Positions 36,500 to 46,635 are shown, counted from the first letter of the stretch. The stretch is 64,000 nucleotides of DNA from Rhizobiaceae bacterium (GCA_041987205.1 JBHIWX010000007.1:5542-69541), one strand, 5' to 3'. Notes: a model not told the origin generated them from the sequence alone. A program made the numbers and translations.

Positions 36500-37897
36500 T
36501 TACTCCGTTGTTGCCCCGTCCACCTCGGAATAGCCCGCAAGACCGTCCGCTTCAACGAGACGCAGGGTTGTTATCCAGAACCCGAGTTCTCTTGGGTCAT
36601 CTGACATACCCAGTTGGAGGGGTGTCTGCAGTTTTTCAACCGCGATCAGCAGATGATGTGCCCCCGCGCCGGGTACGGGAATGGAGACGGTGGCGTCGAT
36701 ATTGTCCATCTGCCGTTCGATCGCTTCGCCACCATCGAGTTCGAACCGGATCCTGGTCTTCGGCGACAGCGGCCGCCCCCTGATTTCCACCGCCATGGCC
36801 GGACGGGCACCGTCGCGCTTCGGCGAGGAGAAGAACAGATCGGCCTTGCGCGCCTTCGTCCAGCGCCCGTGCGGCTCTGCCTCGTGCCAGCCATCGCCGA
36901 CAAGATCGTTCGCCACCGTCGAACCGAAGGGCAGCACTTCGCCGGGTTTCAGCTCGGGTGGCTTCGAGGTGAACCGCGTATGCGTGTTGACGAAGCCGCC
37001 CTTTCCGATGCCCGAAAAGGCGCGACGGAAGGAATCGGGATGAACACCGGCCTTCTCGAAAAGCCCCTGCATCCACGTAAAGAGCGGGCGCTTGCGCTTG
37101 CCCAGTTCGAGACGCTTTTCAACGAGTTCGCGTGCCTGCTGGACCGCGAGCACATCCATCATGTGCAGCCGCGCGGTATCGCCGCCCGACACCCATGTCC
37201 ACGCCCTTTCATGGTCGACGGAGCGCGCATTGACATAGGAATAGCGCCGCACGCCGGAGTGGATGCAAAGCACAGACACATACGGATGGTAACGCATCTT
37301 GCGCCCCTGCCTGTGGGCGCGGAACAGCCATTCCTGCGACGGCGACAGCCGCGTGGCATCCTTCGGCAGCCACGGTCCCACCGCCTGGCAGATTTCCCGG
37401 CGCACCGCCCAGCATGACGAGATGATGAAGCTGCGTGGATCGAACTCCCCGGTCGCGATCGCCCCGTCCAGCGTCACGCTATCATTGTCGACATCGAGCG
37501 GACCTTCATCCAACCCGGAGCGATTGAGCAGCAGGATCGGCGACCACGAAATGTCGGCGCCCGTCTCGCGCATGAAGGCGACACGGGCGGCAAGATGATC
37601 GGGAAACCAGAGATCGTCCTGATTGAGGAAGAAGACGAACTCGCCCCGCGCCATCTCCACGCCCTTGTTGTGCGGGGCGGATTGGTGACCGGTATTGTGC
37701 GGAAGGTTGTGGAACCGGATACGCGGATCGTCAAAGGACCGGATCGCCGCCTCGGTTTCGGCATTGCATCCATCGCCGACGACGATCATTTCCCAGTCCG
37801 CGAAATCGGACTGCAGGACGCTCCTGATCGCGAACCGGACGACATGGGGCCGATTGTAGGCGGAGATAATGATCGATACGCACGGGGCGTTTGGCAT
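36500..37897 (-). CDS. GT2 glycosyltransferase with C-terminal beta-sandwich-like domain
   Basis: VSIIISAYNRPHVVRFAIRSVLQSDFADWEMIVVGDGCNAETE...FLNQDD (GT-A, DxD). The C-terminal GDGWHEAEPHGRWT motif is common in accessory domains of rhizobial glycan enzymes. Confidence 0.8.
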   Translation of the reverse strand: MPNAPCVSIIISAYNRPHVVRFAIRSVLQSDFADWEMIVVGDGCNAETEAAIRSFDDPRIRFHNLPHNTGHQSAPHNKGVEMARGEFVFFLNQDDLWFPDHLAARVAFMRETGADISWSPILLLNRSGLDEGPLDVDNDSVTLDGAIATGEFDPRSFIISSCWAVRREICQAVGPWLPKDATRLSPSQEWLFRAHRQGRKMRYHPYVSVLCIHSGVRRYSYVNARSVDHERAWTWVSGGDTARLHMMDVLAVQQARELVEKRLELGKRKRPLFTWMQGLFEKAGVHPDSFRRAFSGIGKGGFVNTHTRFTSKPPELKPGEVLPFGSTVANDLVGDGWHEAEPHGRWTKARKADLFFSSPKRDGARPAMAVEIRGRPLSPKTRIRFELDGGEAIERQMDNIDATVSIPVPGAGAHHLLIAVEKLQTPLQLGMSDDPRELGFWITTLRLVEADGLAGYSEVDGATTE

Positions 37898-38095
37898 GGA
37901 CTGGTTTCCGTGGATCCGCCGCCAGCGTTCGGCAACGCGGGCCCGCAGATCCTGCTTGGATGAATTGGCCGAGAGAACCCAAGGAAGGGTGTTTCGTCAA
38001 CCGCTTATCCATCACCGTCACACATGACGGACATGACGTGGCAAACAGGGCGAGAAGGCCTGATCCGCTCCGGCCACTCGCTACGCCCGCCTGGG

Positions 38096-39115
38096 TCACC
38101 TCGCGCGCGCCGTCGAGGCACCGACGACGAGTTCGGCCTCCCACAGTTCCTGCACGGGTCCGGCCGCCGGATTGTCGGCGAGCGCGATGATCAGTTCCGC
38201 GCAACGCCGGCCCGCATCGCGGATCGAGGACCGCGTCGCCGTGAACATCGGCACCGATGCCGTGTCCTGCAGGAAGGACAACCGGTCGTCATGTGTCAGG
38301 ATCGAGACGTCGCGGCCGGGCTCCAGCCCTGCCTCGCGCACAGCGCGCACCGCGCCGATCGCCTGCAGCACGCTCGAAGTCATCAGCGCGCTGGGCGGCT
38401 TCGCCCCGGCAAGAACTTGCCGCGCGCGGGCATAACCGTTCGGTTCCGTCATTTCGTCGTGAAAAACGAGGCCTGCATCCATCTCGAGTCCATGCCGCGC
38501 ATGGGCTTCCTCCAGACCCGAACGGCGCCGGACCGAAAAGCTCATCTCTTCCTGCCCGTTGAGCAGCGCAATGCGGCGATGGCCCAGATCGATAAGGAAT
38601 TCGCTGGCGCGGCGAAAGCAGCGCCGGTTGTTGATGTCGAGCCAGGAATAATCCTTGCCACTCTCATCGATTCGGCCGTGCACGATGAAGGGCAGGCCGA
38701 GTTCGCGCAGCATCGGCACGCGAGGATCGTTCTGCTTCGGGCCATGCACGATCAGCCCGTCGATCTTCCGCGAGGCGGCGAGCTGGCGATAGACGCGGTC
38801 CTGATCGGCTTCGGGCACGACCGAAATCAGCATGTCGTAGCCTTCCCGTGCATAAGCCTCGCCGGCACCGGCGATGAACTCGGCGAAATGCGGATCGATC
38901 ATCATGTGATGGCCGAGCGGCACGACATGTCCGATGCTCATCGACTTGCCGGTCGCCAGCCGCTTGGCCGAGGAACTGGGCTGGTAGGCATGGGCGCGCG
39001 CGGCGTCCACCACGCGCCGGCGTGTGGCCTCGCTCACCTCCGGGTATCCGTTCAGCGCCCGACTCACGGTGGTCGGCGACAGGCCGAGTGCCTCTGCGAG
39101 CTCCTTCAGCTTCAT
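38096..39115 (-). CDS. aglR: LacI family transcriptional regulator (alpha-glucoside operon repressor)
   Basis: MKLKELAEALGLSPTTVSRALNGYPEVSEATRRRV HTH motif. Divergent from aglEFGAK as in S. meliloti. Trimmed to ATG 39115. Confidence 0.75.
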   Translation of the reverse strand: MKLKELAEALGLSPTTVSRALNGYPEVSEATRRRVVDAARAHAYQPSSSAKRLATGKSMSIGHVVPLGHHMMIDPHFAEFIAGAGEAYAREGYDMLISVVPEADQDRVYRQLAASRKIDGLIVHGPKQNDPRVPMLRELGLPFIVHGRIDESGKDYSWLDINNRRCFRRASEFLIDLGHRRIALLNGQEEMSFSVRRRSGLEEAHARHGLEMDAGLVFHDEMTEPNGYARARQVLAGAKPPSALMTSSVLQAIGAVRAVREAGLEPGRDVSILTHDDRLSFLQDTASVPMFTATRSSIRDAGRRCAELIIALADNPAAGPVQELWEAELVVGASTARAR

Positions 39116-39133
39116 GGGACGGTCGCTCCTCCT

Positions 39134-39147
39134 CCAAACCGCTTTGG
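39134..39147. promoter_or_regulatory. candidate LacI-type operator (imperfect)
   Basis: CCAAACCGCTTTGG, palindromic at 12 of 14 positions, 19 nt upstream of the aglR ATG. Confidence 0.3.
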
Positions 39148-39374
39148 ATATTCGTGTTTTTGCCTGTCGGTCAAGTTTGGTGCATCCGTCGCGACCTGCC
39201 GGGACAGACAATCACAGGCAGGTCGCCCAATAGAATTGCATCGTCGGAAGATCGGAGAATGCGCCATTTAACTTCATGAAAAGTCAGGTTCGACACGTCG
39301 TTTGGGACGTTCCGCCGAGCCGCATCCGTGCCCGCTTGACTCGCCTCGCGCGCCGGGTGCACAGTGCCGAACAG

Positions 39375-39388
39375 CCAAAGCGCTTTGG
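39375..39388. promoter_or_regulatory. candidate LacI-type operator (perfect 14-bp palindrome)
   Basis: CCAAAGCGCTTTGG is identical to its reverse complement. It has the central CG and AA/TT flanks typical of LacI-family operators and sits in the aglR-aglE spacer. Confidence 0.4.
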
Positions 39389-39776
39389 AAACAGGCGCCC
39401 AGGCAAGAGCGTGCACCAGGGGCCGGTGGCCGCAGGGAACCACTCTTTCGCGTGACCGTTCGTCCGTTACGGGTCATGCCGCGCGACAATCACGCAAGAG
39501 GCCGCCCCCCTGAAAGGAGTCGGCCCTTGTTTTTTGATGGTTCGGCCCGGTTTCGTGGGTCAAGCCGAAGGGAGCGGGCATCACCCCGAACGATCTCACC
39601 GGGTTTGCGGGTCAGACACTCACAGGCTCATTCGGGTTTTCGGAAGACGCGTGCTCGACTGGTGAGGACTCGATTGCAATTGCGACGTCAGGCGGATTCG
39701 CCGGAAGTCAGGATCATATTGGGAGACACCCGACAGACTTCGAGAACGACGCATAATTCCAGGAGGAGGAAAAAAT

Positions 39777-41135
39777 ATGAAATCCATGCTCAAGGCCGGC
39801 ATCTCGGCCCTGGCGCTGACCTTTGTCATCGGCAGCGCCCACGCCCAGGAACTGAAATTCCCCGTTGGAGAGGGCGATTTCAACTGGGACAGCTACAACA
39901 CATTCGCCGATTCCCACGACTATAGCGGTCAGAAACTCACCATTCTCGGACCATGGCTCGCGGGCGAAGGCGAGGCTTTCCAGAATCTCGTTGCCTATTT
40001 CGCCAAGGCGACAGGTGCCGATGCGAGCTATGTGGGCTCCGATTCGATGGAACAGCAAATCGTCATCGACGCCGAGGCCGGCTCCGCACCCAATATCGCG
40101 TTCTTTCCGCAGCCTGGCCTTGCCTCCAACATGGCCGCACGCGGCTTCCTGACGCCGCTGGGCGAAGATGCCGCCAACTGGGTGCGCGAGAACTATGCCG
40201 CCGGCCAGTCCTGGGTCGATCTCGGCACCTACGCCAACGACAAGGGCGAGAAGAATTTCTACGGCTTCTTCTTCAACGTGAACGTCAAATCCCTGGTCTG
40301 GTATGTGCCGGAGAATTTCGAGGATGCCGGCTACGAGGTCCCCGAGACCATGGAAGAACTCAAGGCGCTGACAGAGAAGATCGCAGCCGACGGGGCGACT
40401 CCGTGGTGCATCGGTCTGGGGTCGGGCGCGGCAACCGGCTGGCCGGCCACCGACTGGGTCGAGGACCTGATGCTGCGCACGCAGTCGCCCGAAACCTATG
40501 ACAAATGGGTGAGCAACGAAATTCCGTTCAACGATCCGGCGGTTGTCGGCGCGATCGAGGAATTCGGCTGGTTCGCTCGCAATGACTCCTTTGTCGCAGG
40601 CGGCGCCGGCACGGTCGCATCGACCGATTTCCGCGATTCGCCGAAGGGTCTCTTCACCTCGCCGCCGCAGTGCTACATGCATCGCCAGGCGTCCTTCATT
40701 CCCGCCTATTTCCCGGAAGGCACGGAAGTGGGTGTCGATGCCGACTTCTTCTACTTCCCGGCCTATGCCGACAAGGATCTCGGCAAGCCGGTACTCGGCG
40801 CGGGAACCCTGATGGGCATCACCAATGACAGCGAGGCAACCAAGGGTTTCCTGGAGTTCCTCGAGACACCCATTGCGCATGAAATCATGATGTCGCAGGC
40901 CGGCTTCCTGACGCCGCTCAAGAGCGCCAATCTCGACACCTATATCGATGACACGCAAAGGGCGCTGGGTGAGGTCCTGCTCAACGCCACGACCTTCCGC
41001 TTCGACGGATCCGATCTCATGCCCGGTGGCGTCGGCGCTGGCACCTTCTGGACCGGCATGGTCGACTATGCCGGCGGCAAGTCGGCCGAGGAAGTCACCG
41101 AAGAAATCCAGAAATCCTGGGATGCGCTGAAATAG
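39777..41135 (+). CDS. aglE: alpha-glucoside ABC transporter substrate-binding protein
   Basis: Signal peptide MKSMLKAGISALALTFVIGSAHA. Family-1 sugar SBP. First gene of the E-F-G-A-K order. Confidence 0.8.
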   Translation: MKSMLKAGISALALTFVIGSAHAQELKFPVGEGDFNWDSYNTFADSHDYSGQKLTILGPWLAGEGEAFQNLVAYFAKATGADASYVGSDSMEQQIVIDAEAGSAPNIAFFPQPGLASNMAARGFLTPLGEDAANWVRENYAAGQSWVDLGTYANDKGEKNFYGFFFNVNVKSLVWYVPENFEDAGYEVPETMEELKALTEKIAADGATPWCIGLGSGAATGWPATDWVEDLMLRTQSPETYDKWVSNEIPFNDPAVVGAIEEFGWFARNDSFVAGGAGTVASTDFRDSPKGLFTSPPQCYMHRQASFIPAYFPEGTEVGVDADFFYFPAYADKDLGKPVLGAGTLMGITNDSEATKGFLEFLETPIAHEIMMSQAGFLTPLKSANLDTYIDDTQRALGEVLLNATTFRFDGSDLMPGGVGAGTFWTGMVDYAGGKSAEEVTEEIQKSWDALK

Positions 41136-41350
41136 GCCGAAGACGCCGAACGAAAAAACGCGTCCGGGGCCGCAAGGTCCCGGATGCATGCTCCGCCCGG
41201 GCCGATGGGGGCAAAAGGCCAGGCGGAATGACTGCATGAACGATGCGGTAATGACGGACACGCGGATTTCCAACCGGAACCGCGCAAGAACAAGGGAACA
41301 GGGCGCTTCCGGGTTGCGGTGAAGACGGAAGTGCCCCGGGGGAAAGAACC

Positions 41351-42592
41351 ATGAATCCAGCACTGCAAGGGCTTGTAACGATCATTGTCGGCGTGGGCGG
41401 TTGCCTCGCCTATTTCTACCTTTCCAACCAGTTCCTCGATCGTGTCCTCTTTCCCGCGCGTGGCGAACATGCCGGCCGCAACATCAACCGCGCCAATCGC
41501 GTTCGTCCCTGGCTGTTCCTGTTTCCCGCCGTCTTCGCGCTGACGCTCTATCTCGCTTATCCCGTCCTCGAAACGCTCCGCTTGTCGCTGACCGACCGCA
41601 ATGCGGGCGGCGCCTTTGTCGGCCTCGACAATTATCGGCAGATGGCGGGCGAGGCGAAATTCTGGGAGGCGATGAAGAACAACATGCTCTGGCTGATCGT
41701 GGTGCCCGCCGCCGCCACAGCCTTCGGCCTGCTCGCCGCCCAGCTCACCGACCGTATCAAATGGGGCAACATCGCCAAATCGCTGGTCTTCATGCCCATG
41801 GCGATCTCTTTCGTCGGCGCGTCGGTCATCTTCAAGCTCGTCTACGACACCCGCCCCGCCGGGCAGGACCAGATCGGCGTGCTCAACGCGGTGTGGCTGG
41901 CCTTCGACGGCGGCGCCGGCTCCTTCCTCATGCTGCGGCTCGTACCGGCGCTCATCCTGCTCGCCTTCGCCGCCTTCATGGTTTACGGCATCTATCTGAC
42001 GCTGCGCCCACTCATCTGGGGCGAGGCCGAACGCGGCGGCGGTTCGTGGTTTACCGTGCCGCTGCGCCTTGCCGTCGCAATCGCCGCCTTGTGGCTGCTG
42101 TGGCTTTCGCTGAAATCCACCGTCTCCGTCTTCACCACCGGCCTGCCCTATGGCGAGCCGCAGACCTGGCTGACGATACCCTTCTGGAACAATTTCTTCC
42201 TGATGGTCGTGCTGATCTGGATCCAGACCGGCTTCGCCATGGTCATCCTCTCGGCAGCCCTGCGCGGCATCCCGGAGGAAACCATCGAGGCCGCCATCAT
42301 CGACGGCGCCAACCCGTTCGACATCTTCTTCAAGATCAAGGTACCGCAGATCATGAGCACCATCGTCGTCGTGTGGACCACGATCACGCTCGTCGTGCTG
42401 AAGATCTTCGACATCGTCTTCGCCATGACCAATGGCCAGTGGGAGACGCAGGTTCTCGCCAACTACATGTACGACAAGCTGTTCCGCGCCAATGATTGGG
42501 GCGTCGGTTCGGCCAGCGCCATCGTCATCATGCTGTTGGTCACGCCAATCCTGATCTGGAACGTCTACAACGCGCGCAACGAAATGCGCTGA
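41351..42592 (+). CDS. aglF: alpha-glucoside ABC transporter permease
   Basis: Polytopic MalF-type permease with an EAA-like loop (EAAIIDGANPFDIFFKIKVPQ). Confidence 0.8.
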   Translation: MNPALQGLVTIIVGVGGCLAYFYLSNQFLDRVLFPARGEHAGRNINRANRVRPWLFLFPAVFALTLYLAYPVLETLRLSLTDRNAGGAFVGLDNYRQMAGEAKFWEAMKNNMLWLIVVPAAATAFGLLAAQLTDRIKWGNIAKSLVFMPMAISFVGASVIFKLVYDTRPAGQDQIGVLNAVWLAFDGGAGSFLMLRLVPALILLAFAAFMVYGIYLTLRPLIWGEAERGGGSWFTVPLRLAVAIAALWLLWLSLKSTVSVFTTGLPYGEPQTWLTIPFWNNFFLMVVLIWIQTGFAMVILSAALRGIPEETIEAAIIDGANPFDIFFKIKVPQIMSTIVVVWTTITLVVLKIFDIVFAMTNGQWETQVLANYMYDKLFRANDWGVGSASAIVIMLLVTPILIWNVYNARNEMR

Positions 42593-42609
42593 GCGGGGAG
42601 GCAGGCATC

Positions 42610-43767
42610 ATGTCATCGATTGCAGGCAGCAAATCCGGCCTCACCTGGGCAGTCCACCTCTCGGTGGTCCTTCTCGTGGCGCTTTGGCTGTTCCCGACCG
42701 TCGGTCTTTTCATCTCGTCCTTCCGCACCGCCGACCAGATATCGACCAGCGGCTGGTGGAATGCGCTGTTCACGCAGGAGCGGAACCTCGTGCTGCGAAC
42801 GGCAGATCCCGATACCCAGAAGCAGGACGGCGCGCTCTACGTCATCGAGGGCAATATCTTTGCCGACAACAACGAAGACCAGAACGCGACGATCAGCGTC
42901 TGGGGCGTCTCGTCACGAGCGATCTCCGACTACGTTCCGGGTGACACCGCCGACATGGGCGAGGACGGGCGGCTGACACTTCAGGCCAATGGCGACTACC
43001 AGCTTGAGAAGGGCACCGAATTTTCCGGCAGGCGCGGCGAGCGCGTCTTCGTGACCGCCGAGACGCCACCCGAATTCACGCTGGAGAACTATGAAAAGGT
43101 CCTGCTGAGCGGCTCCAAGACGGATTCCATGGCCAAGGCCTTTTTCAACACGCTGACGGTGACCATTCCCGCGACGATCATCCCGATCGTAATCGCGGCG
43201 TTTGCCGCCTATGCGCTCGCCTGGATGCGCTTTCCCGGCCGCGCCCTGCTGATCGCCGCCATCGTCGCCCTGCTCGTCGTGCCGCTCCAGCTGGCGCTGA
43301 TCCCGCTGCTGCGCCTGCATCTGGGGATCGGCATCGGCAAGGGCTATCTCGGCGTCTGGCTGGCCCATACCGGCTTTGGCCTGCCGCTCGCCATCTACCT
43401 CCTGCGCAACTACATGGTGGGCCTGCCGCGCGACATCATCGAGAACGCCAAGGTCGACGGCGCCACAGACTTCCAGATCTTCACGCGCATCATCCTGCCG
43501 CTGTCCTTCCCCGCCCTGGCGTCCTTCGCCATCTTCCAGTTCCTCTGGACATGGAACGATCTGCTGGTCGCGAAGGTTTTCCTCATCGATGCCACGGGCG
43601 AGACGACGGTCATGACCAACCAGATCGTCGAATTGCTGGGCACGCGCGGCGGCAACTGGGAGATCCTGGCGACGGCCGCGTTCGTTTCCATCGCGGTGCC
43701 GCTGGTGGTCTTCTTCGCCATGCAGCGCTATCTGGTGCGGGGACTCCTCGCCGGCTCCGTCAAATAA
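42610..43767 (+). CDS. aglG: alpha-glucoside ABC transporter permease
   Basis: MalG-type permease with an EAA loop (ENAKVDGATDFQIFTRIILP). Trimmed to ATG 42610. Confidence 0.8.
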   Translation: MSSIAGSKSGLTWAVHLSVVLLVALWLFPTVGLFISSFRTADQISTSGWWNALFTQERNLVLRTADPDTQKQDGALYVIEGNIFADNNEDQNATISVWGVSSRAISDYVPGDTADMGEDGRLTLQANGDYQLEKGTEFSGRRGERVFVTAETPPEFTLENYEKVLLSGSKTDSMAKAFFNTLTVTIPATIIPIVIAAFAAYALAWMRFPGRALLIAAIVALLVVPLQLALIPLLRLHLGIGIGKGYLGVWLAHTGFGLPLAIYLLRNYMVGLPRDIIENAKVDGATDFQIFTRIILPLSFPALASFAIFQFLWTWNDLLVAKVFLIDATGETTVMTNQIVELLGTRGGNWEILATAAFVSIAVPLVVFFAMQRYLVRGLLAGSVK

Positions 43768-43783
43768 CAGGACTTCTTCGAAC

Positions 43784-45454
43784 ATGAGTGTATTTGCGTC
43801 GACCGCGCAACAGACCGCCGAACTGCCCGCCATCGATCCCGACTGGTGGCGTGGCGCGGTGATCTATCAGGTCTATCCGCGTTCCTTCCAGGACTCCAAT
43901 GGCGACGGCATCGGCGATCTCGCCGGCATCCGCCAGCGCCTGCCCTACATCGCCCAGCTCGGCGCGGACGCCATCTGGATTTCGCCCTTCTTCCCCTCGC
44001 CGATGAAGGATTTCGGCTACGACGTCTCCGACTACAACGGCGTCGATCCGATGTTCGGCAGCCTCGAGGATTTCCGCGTCCTCGTCGACGACGCCCACAA
44101 GCTCGGCCTGAAGGTGATGATCGATCTGGTGATCTCGCACACCTCCGACCAGCACCCCTGGTTCGCCGAAAGCCGTTCGGGCCGCGATAATGCGCGCGCC
44201 GACTGGTATGTCTGGGCCGATTCCGAGCCGGACGGCTCGCCGCCCAACAACTGGCTGTCGATCTTCGGCGGCTCGGCCTGGGAGTGGGATTCGACCCGCT
44301 GCCAGTACTACATGCACAATTTCCTCACGAGCCAGCCCGACCTCAACTTCCACAACCCGGAAGTGCAGGAGGCGCTGCTCGGCATCGTCCGCTTCTGGCT
44401 GGAACTGGGCGTCGACGGCTTCCGCCTCGACACCATCAATTTCTATTTCCACTCGCAGAGCCTGAAGAGCAATCCGGCGCTGCCGCCCGAGCAGCGCAAC
44501 GCGTCGATCGCGCCCGAGGTCAATCCTTACAACTATCAGGACCACCTCTACGACAAGAGCCAGCCTGAAAATGTCGGCTTTCTCAAGCGCTTCCGCGCCG
44601 TACTGGACGAATTCCCGGCGACGGCCGCGGTCGGCGAGGTTGGCGACGCGCAGCGCGGCACCGAGATTCTTGCCGAGTACACCAAGGGCAACGATCGCAT
44701 CCACATGTGCTATTCGTTCGACTTCCTCGCGCCCGACCCGATCACCGCGAAGGGCGTGCGCAAGGTGGTCGAAGCGTTCGAGCGCGACGCCCCCGACGGC
44801 TGGTCGTGCTGGGCTTTTTCCAACCACGACGTCGTGCGCCACGCCTCGCGCTGGGGTGCCTTCGAGCGCGACCCGGAGCGCTATCTGCGCATCGTTGCCG
44901 CCGTGCTGTTCTCTCTGCGCGGCTCGGTCTGCATCTATCAGGGCGAGGAACTCGGCCTGCCGGAAGCCGACATCAGCTATGACGATCTGCAGGATCCCTA
45001 CGGCATCCGCTTCTGGCCGAAATTCAAGGGCCGCGACGGCTGCCGTACGCCCATGGTCTGGTCGTCCAACCTGCCCAATGGCGGTTTCACCACCGCCAGG
45101 CCCTGGTTGCCCGTGCCCGATATCCATCGCGCCATGGCGGTCGACCTGCAGCAGGGGCGCGAGAACAGCATTTTCGAGTTCTACCGGGACTTCCTGGAGT
45201 TCCGGCGCGAGCACCCCGTACTGGCCAAGGGCAGCATCGAGTTCATCGACGCGCCCGAAGATGTCGTCGCCATGATCCGCGACGACGGCACCGAGCGGAT
45301 TCTGTGCGCCTACAATCTCGGCCATCACCCGGTTGTCTTCGACACCGGGCTGGATGTCGAGCGCATGCGCGATGCGCCGCTGGACGGGGAGGTAAAGAAC
45401 GGAACCCTCGCGTTGGAGGCGCTGGGCGGATTTGTCGGGAGAATACGCCGCTGA
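43784..45454 (+). CDS. aglA: alpha-glucosidase (GH13, oligo-1,6-glucosidase/sucrose hydrolase type)
   Basis: WWRGAVIYQVYPRSFQDSNGDGIGDLAGI, GVDGFRLDTINF, and GEVGD, NHD conserved GH13 regions. Confidence 0.85.
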   Translation: MSVFASTAQQTAELPAIDPDWWRGAVIYQVYPRSFQDSNGDGIGDLAGIRQRLPYIAQLGADAIWISPFFPSPMKDFGYDVSDYNGVDPMFGSLEDFRVLVDDAHKLGLKVMIDLVISHTSDQHPWFAESRSGRDNARADWYVWADSEPDGSPPNNWLSIFGGSAWEWDSTRCQYYMHNFLTSQPDLNFHNPEVQEALLGIVRFWLELGVDGFRLDTINFYFHSQSLKSNPALPPEQRNASIAPEVNPYNYQDHLYDKSQPENVGFLKRFRAVLDEFPATAAVGEVGDAQRGTEILAEYTKGNDRIHMCYSFDFLAPDPITAKGVRKVVEAFERDAPDGWSCWAFSNHDVVRHASRWGAFERDPERYLRIVAAVLFSLRGSVCIYQGEELGLPEADISYDDLQDPYGIRFWPKFKGRDGCRTPMVWSSNLPNGGFTTARPWLPVPDIHRAMAVDLQQGRENSIFEFYRDFLEFRREHPVLAKGSIEFIDAPEDVVAMIRDDGTERILCAYNLGHHPVVFDTGLDVERMRDAPLDGEVKNGTLALEALGGFVGRIRR

Positions 45455-45486
45455 ATGAAATCTGCGGTCGGTGAGGAGGACACACC

Positions 45487-46578
45487 GTGGCTGAACTGAA
45501 ACTCAAGGACGTGAAGAAGGCCTACGGGCCAGTGGAGGTGATCCACGGCGTCGATCTGGAAATCGACAAGGGGGAGTTCGTCGTTTTCGTCGGACCGTCC
45601 GGCTGTGGCAAATCCACCCTGCTGCGCATGATCGCCGGGCTGGAGGACATCACCGGCGGCACGCTGGAGATCGACGGCATGGTCGTCAACGACGTGCCGC
45701 CTTCGCAGCGCGGCATCGCCATGGTGTTCCAGACCTATGCGCTCTATCCGCACATGACGGTCTACGACAACATGGCGTTCGGCCTGCGGCTGGCGAAGAT
45801 GAGCAAGCAGGAGATCGACAAGCGCGTCAAAAGCGCCGCCGACATCCTCCAGCTCGACCCCTATCTCGACCGTCTGCCCAAGGCGCTTTCCGGCGGCCAG
45901 CGCCAGCGCGTCGCGATCGGCCGGGCGATATGCCGCGATCCCAAGGTCTTCCTGTTCGACGAACCCCTGTCGAACCTCGATGCCGCGTTGCGCGTCGCGA
46001 CCCGCATCGAGATCGCCAAGCTCTCGGAGAGCATGCCCGACACGACCATGATCTACGTCACGCATGATCAGGTCGAGGCGATGACGCTGGCCGACCGCAT
46101 CGTCGTCCTGTCGGCCGGCAGTATCGAGCAGGTCGGCGCGCCGATAGAGCTTTACGAGAACCCGGCCAATCTGTTCGTCGCCCGCTTCATCGGCTCGCCG
46201 GCCATGAACATCCTGCCCGGCAAGGTGACCGCGACCGGCGCGAAGACGACGATCGAGATCGGCAAGGGCCGCAAGGCCGAACTGCCGATCGCCTCCAAGG
46301 CGGCGATGAAGGGCAAGAGCGTCCAGTTCGGCGTGCGCCCCGAAGATCTGTCGATCACCAAGGGCGCGAGCTGGCTGGTCGAGGGTACGGTGACACTGGT
46401 CGAATCTCTGGGCGAGGTGACGCTGCTTTATGTCGACACCCCGGAAAGCGACGAACCGGTAATCGCCAAGCTCAACGGCACGCACCGGGTCAAGCGCGAC
46501 TCGACAGTCCGACTTTCAGCACCGGCCGCCAAGTTGCATGCCTTCACCGAGGACGGGATTTCGCTGCGTTACCTCTGA
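45487..46578 (+). CDS. aglK: alpha-glucoside ABC transporter ATP-binding protein
   Basis: Walker A GPSGCGKST, signature LSGGQRQRVAIGRA, Walker B FLFDEPLSNLD, and a MalK-like C-terminal regulatory domain. GTG start. Confidence 0.85.
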   Translation: MAELKLKDVKKAYGPVEVIHGVDLEIDKGEFVVFVGPSGCGKSTLLRMIAGLEDITGGTLEIDGMVVNDVPPSQRGIAMVFQTYALYPHMTVYDNMAFGLRLAKMSKQEIDKRVKSAADILQLDPYLDRLPKALSGGQRQRVAIGRAICRDPKVFLFDEPLSNLDAALRVATRIEIAKLSESMPDTTMIYVTHDQVEAMTLADRIVVLSAGSIEQVGAPIELYENPANLFVARFIGSPAMNILPGKVTATGAKTTIEIGKGRKAELPIASKAAMKGKSVQFGVRPEDLSITKGASWLVEGTVTLVESLGEVTLLYVDTPESDEPVIAKLNGTHRVKRDSTVRLSAPAAKLHAFTEDGISLRYL

Positions 46579-46635
46579 GCGCCGGCCGAAAATGCTGCGG
46601 CTCATGCCGCACGATTGCTGCGGTCCATGTTGCAG

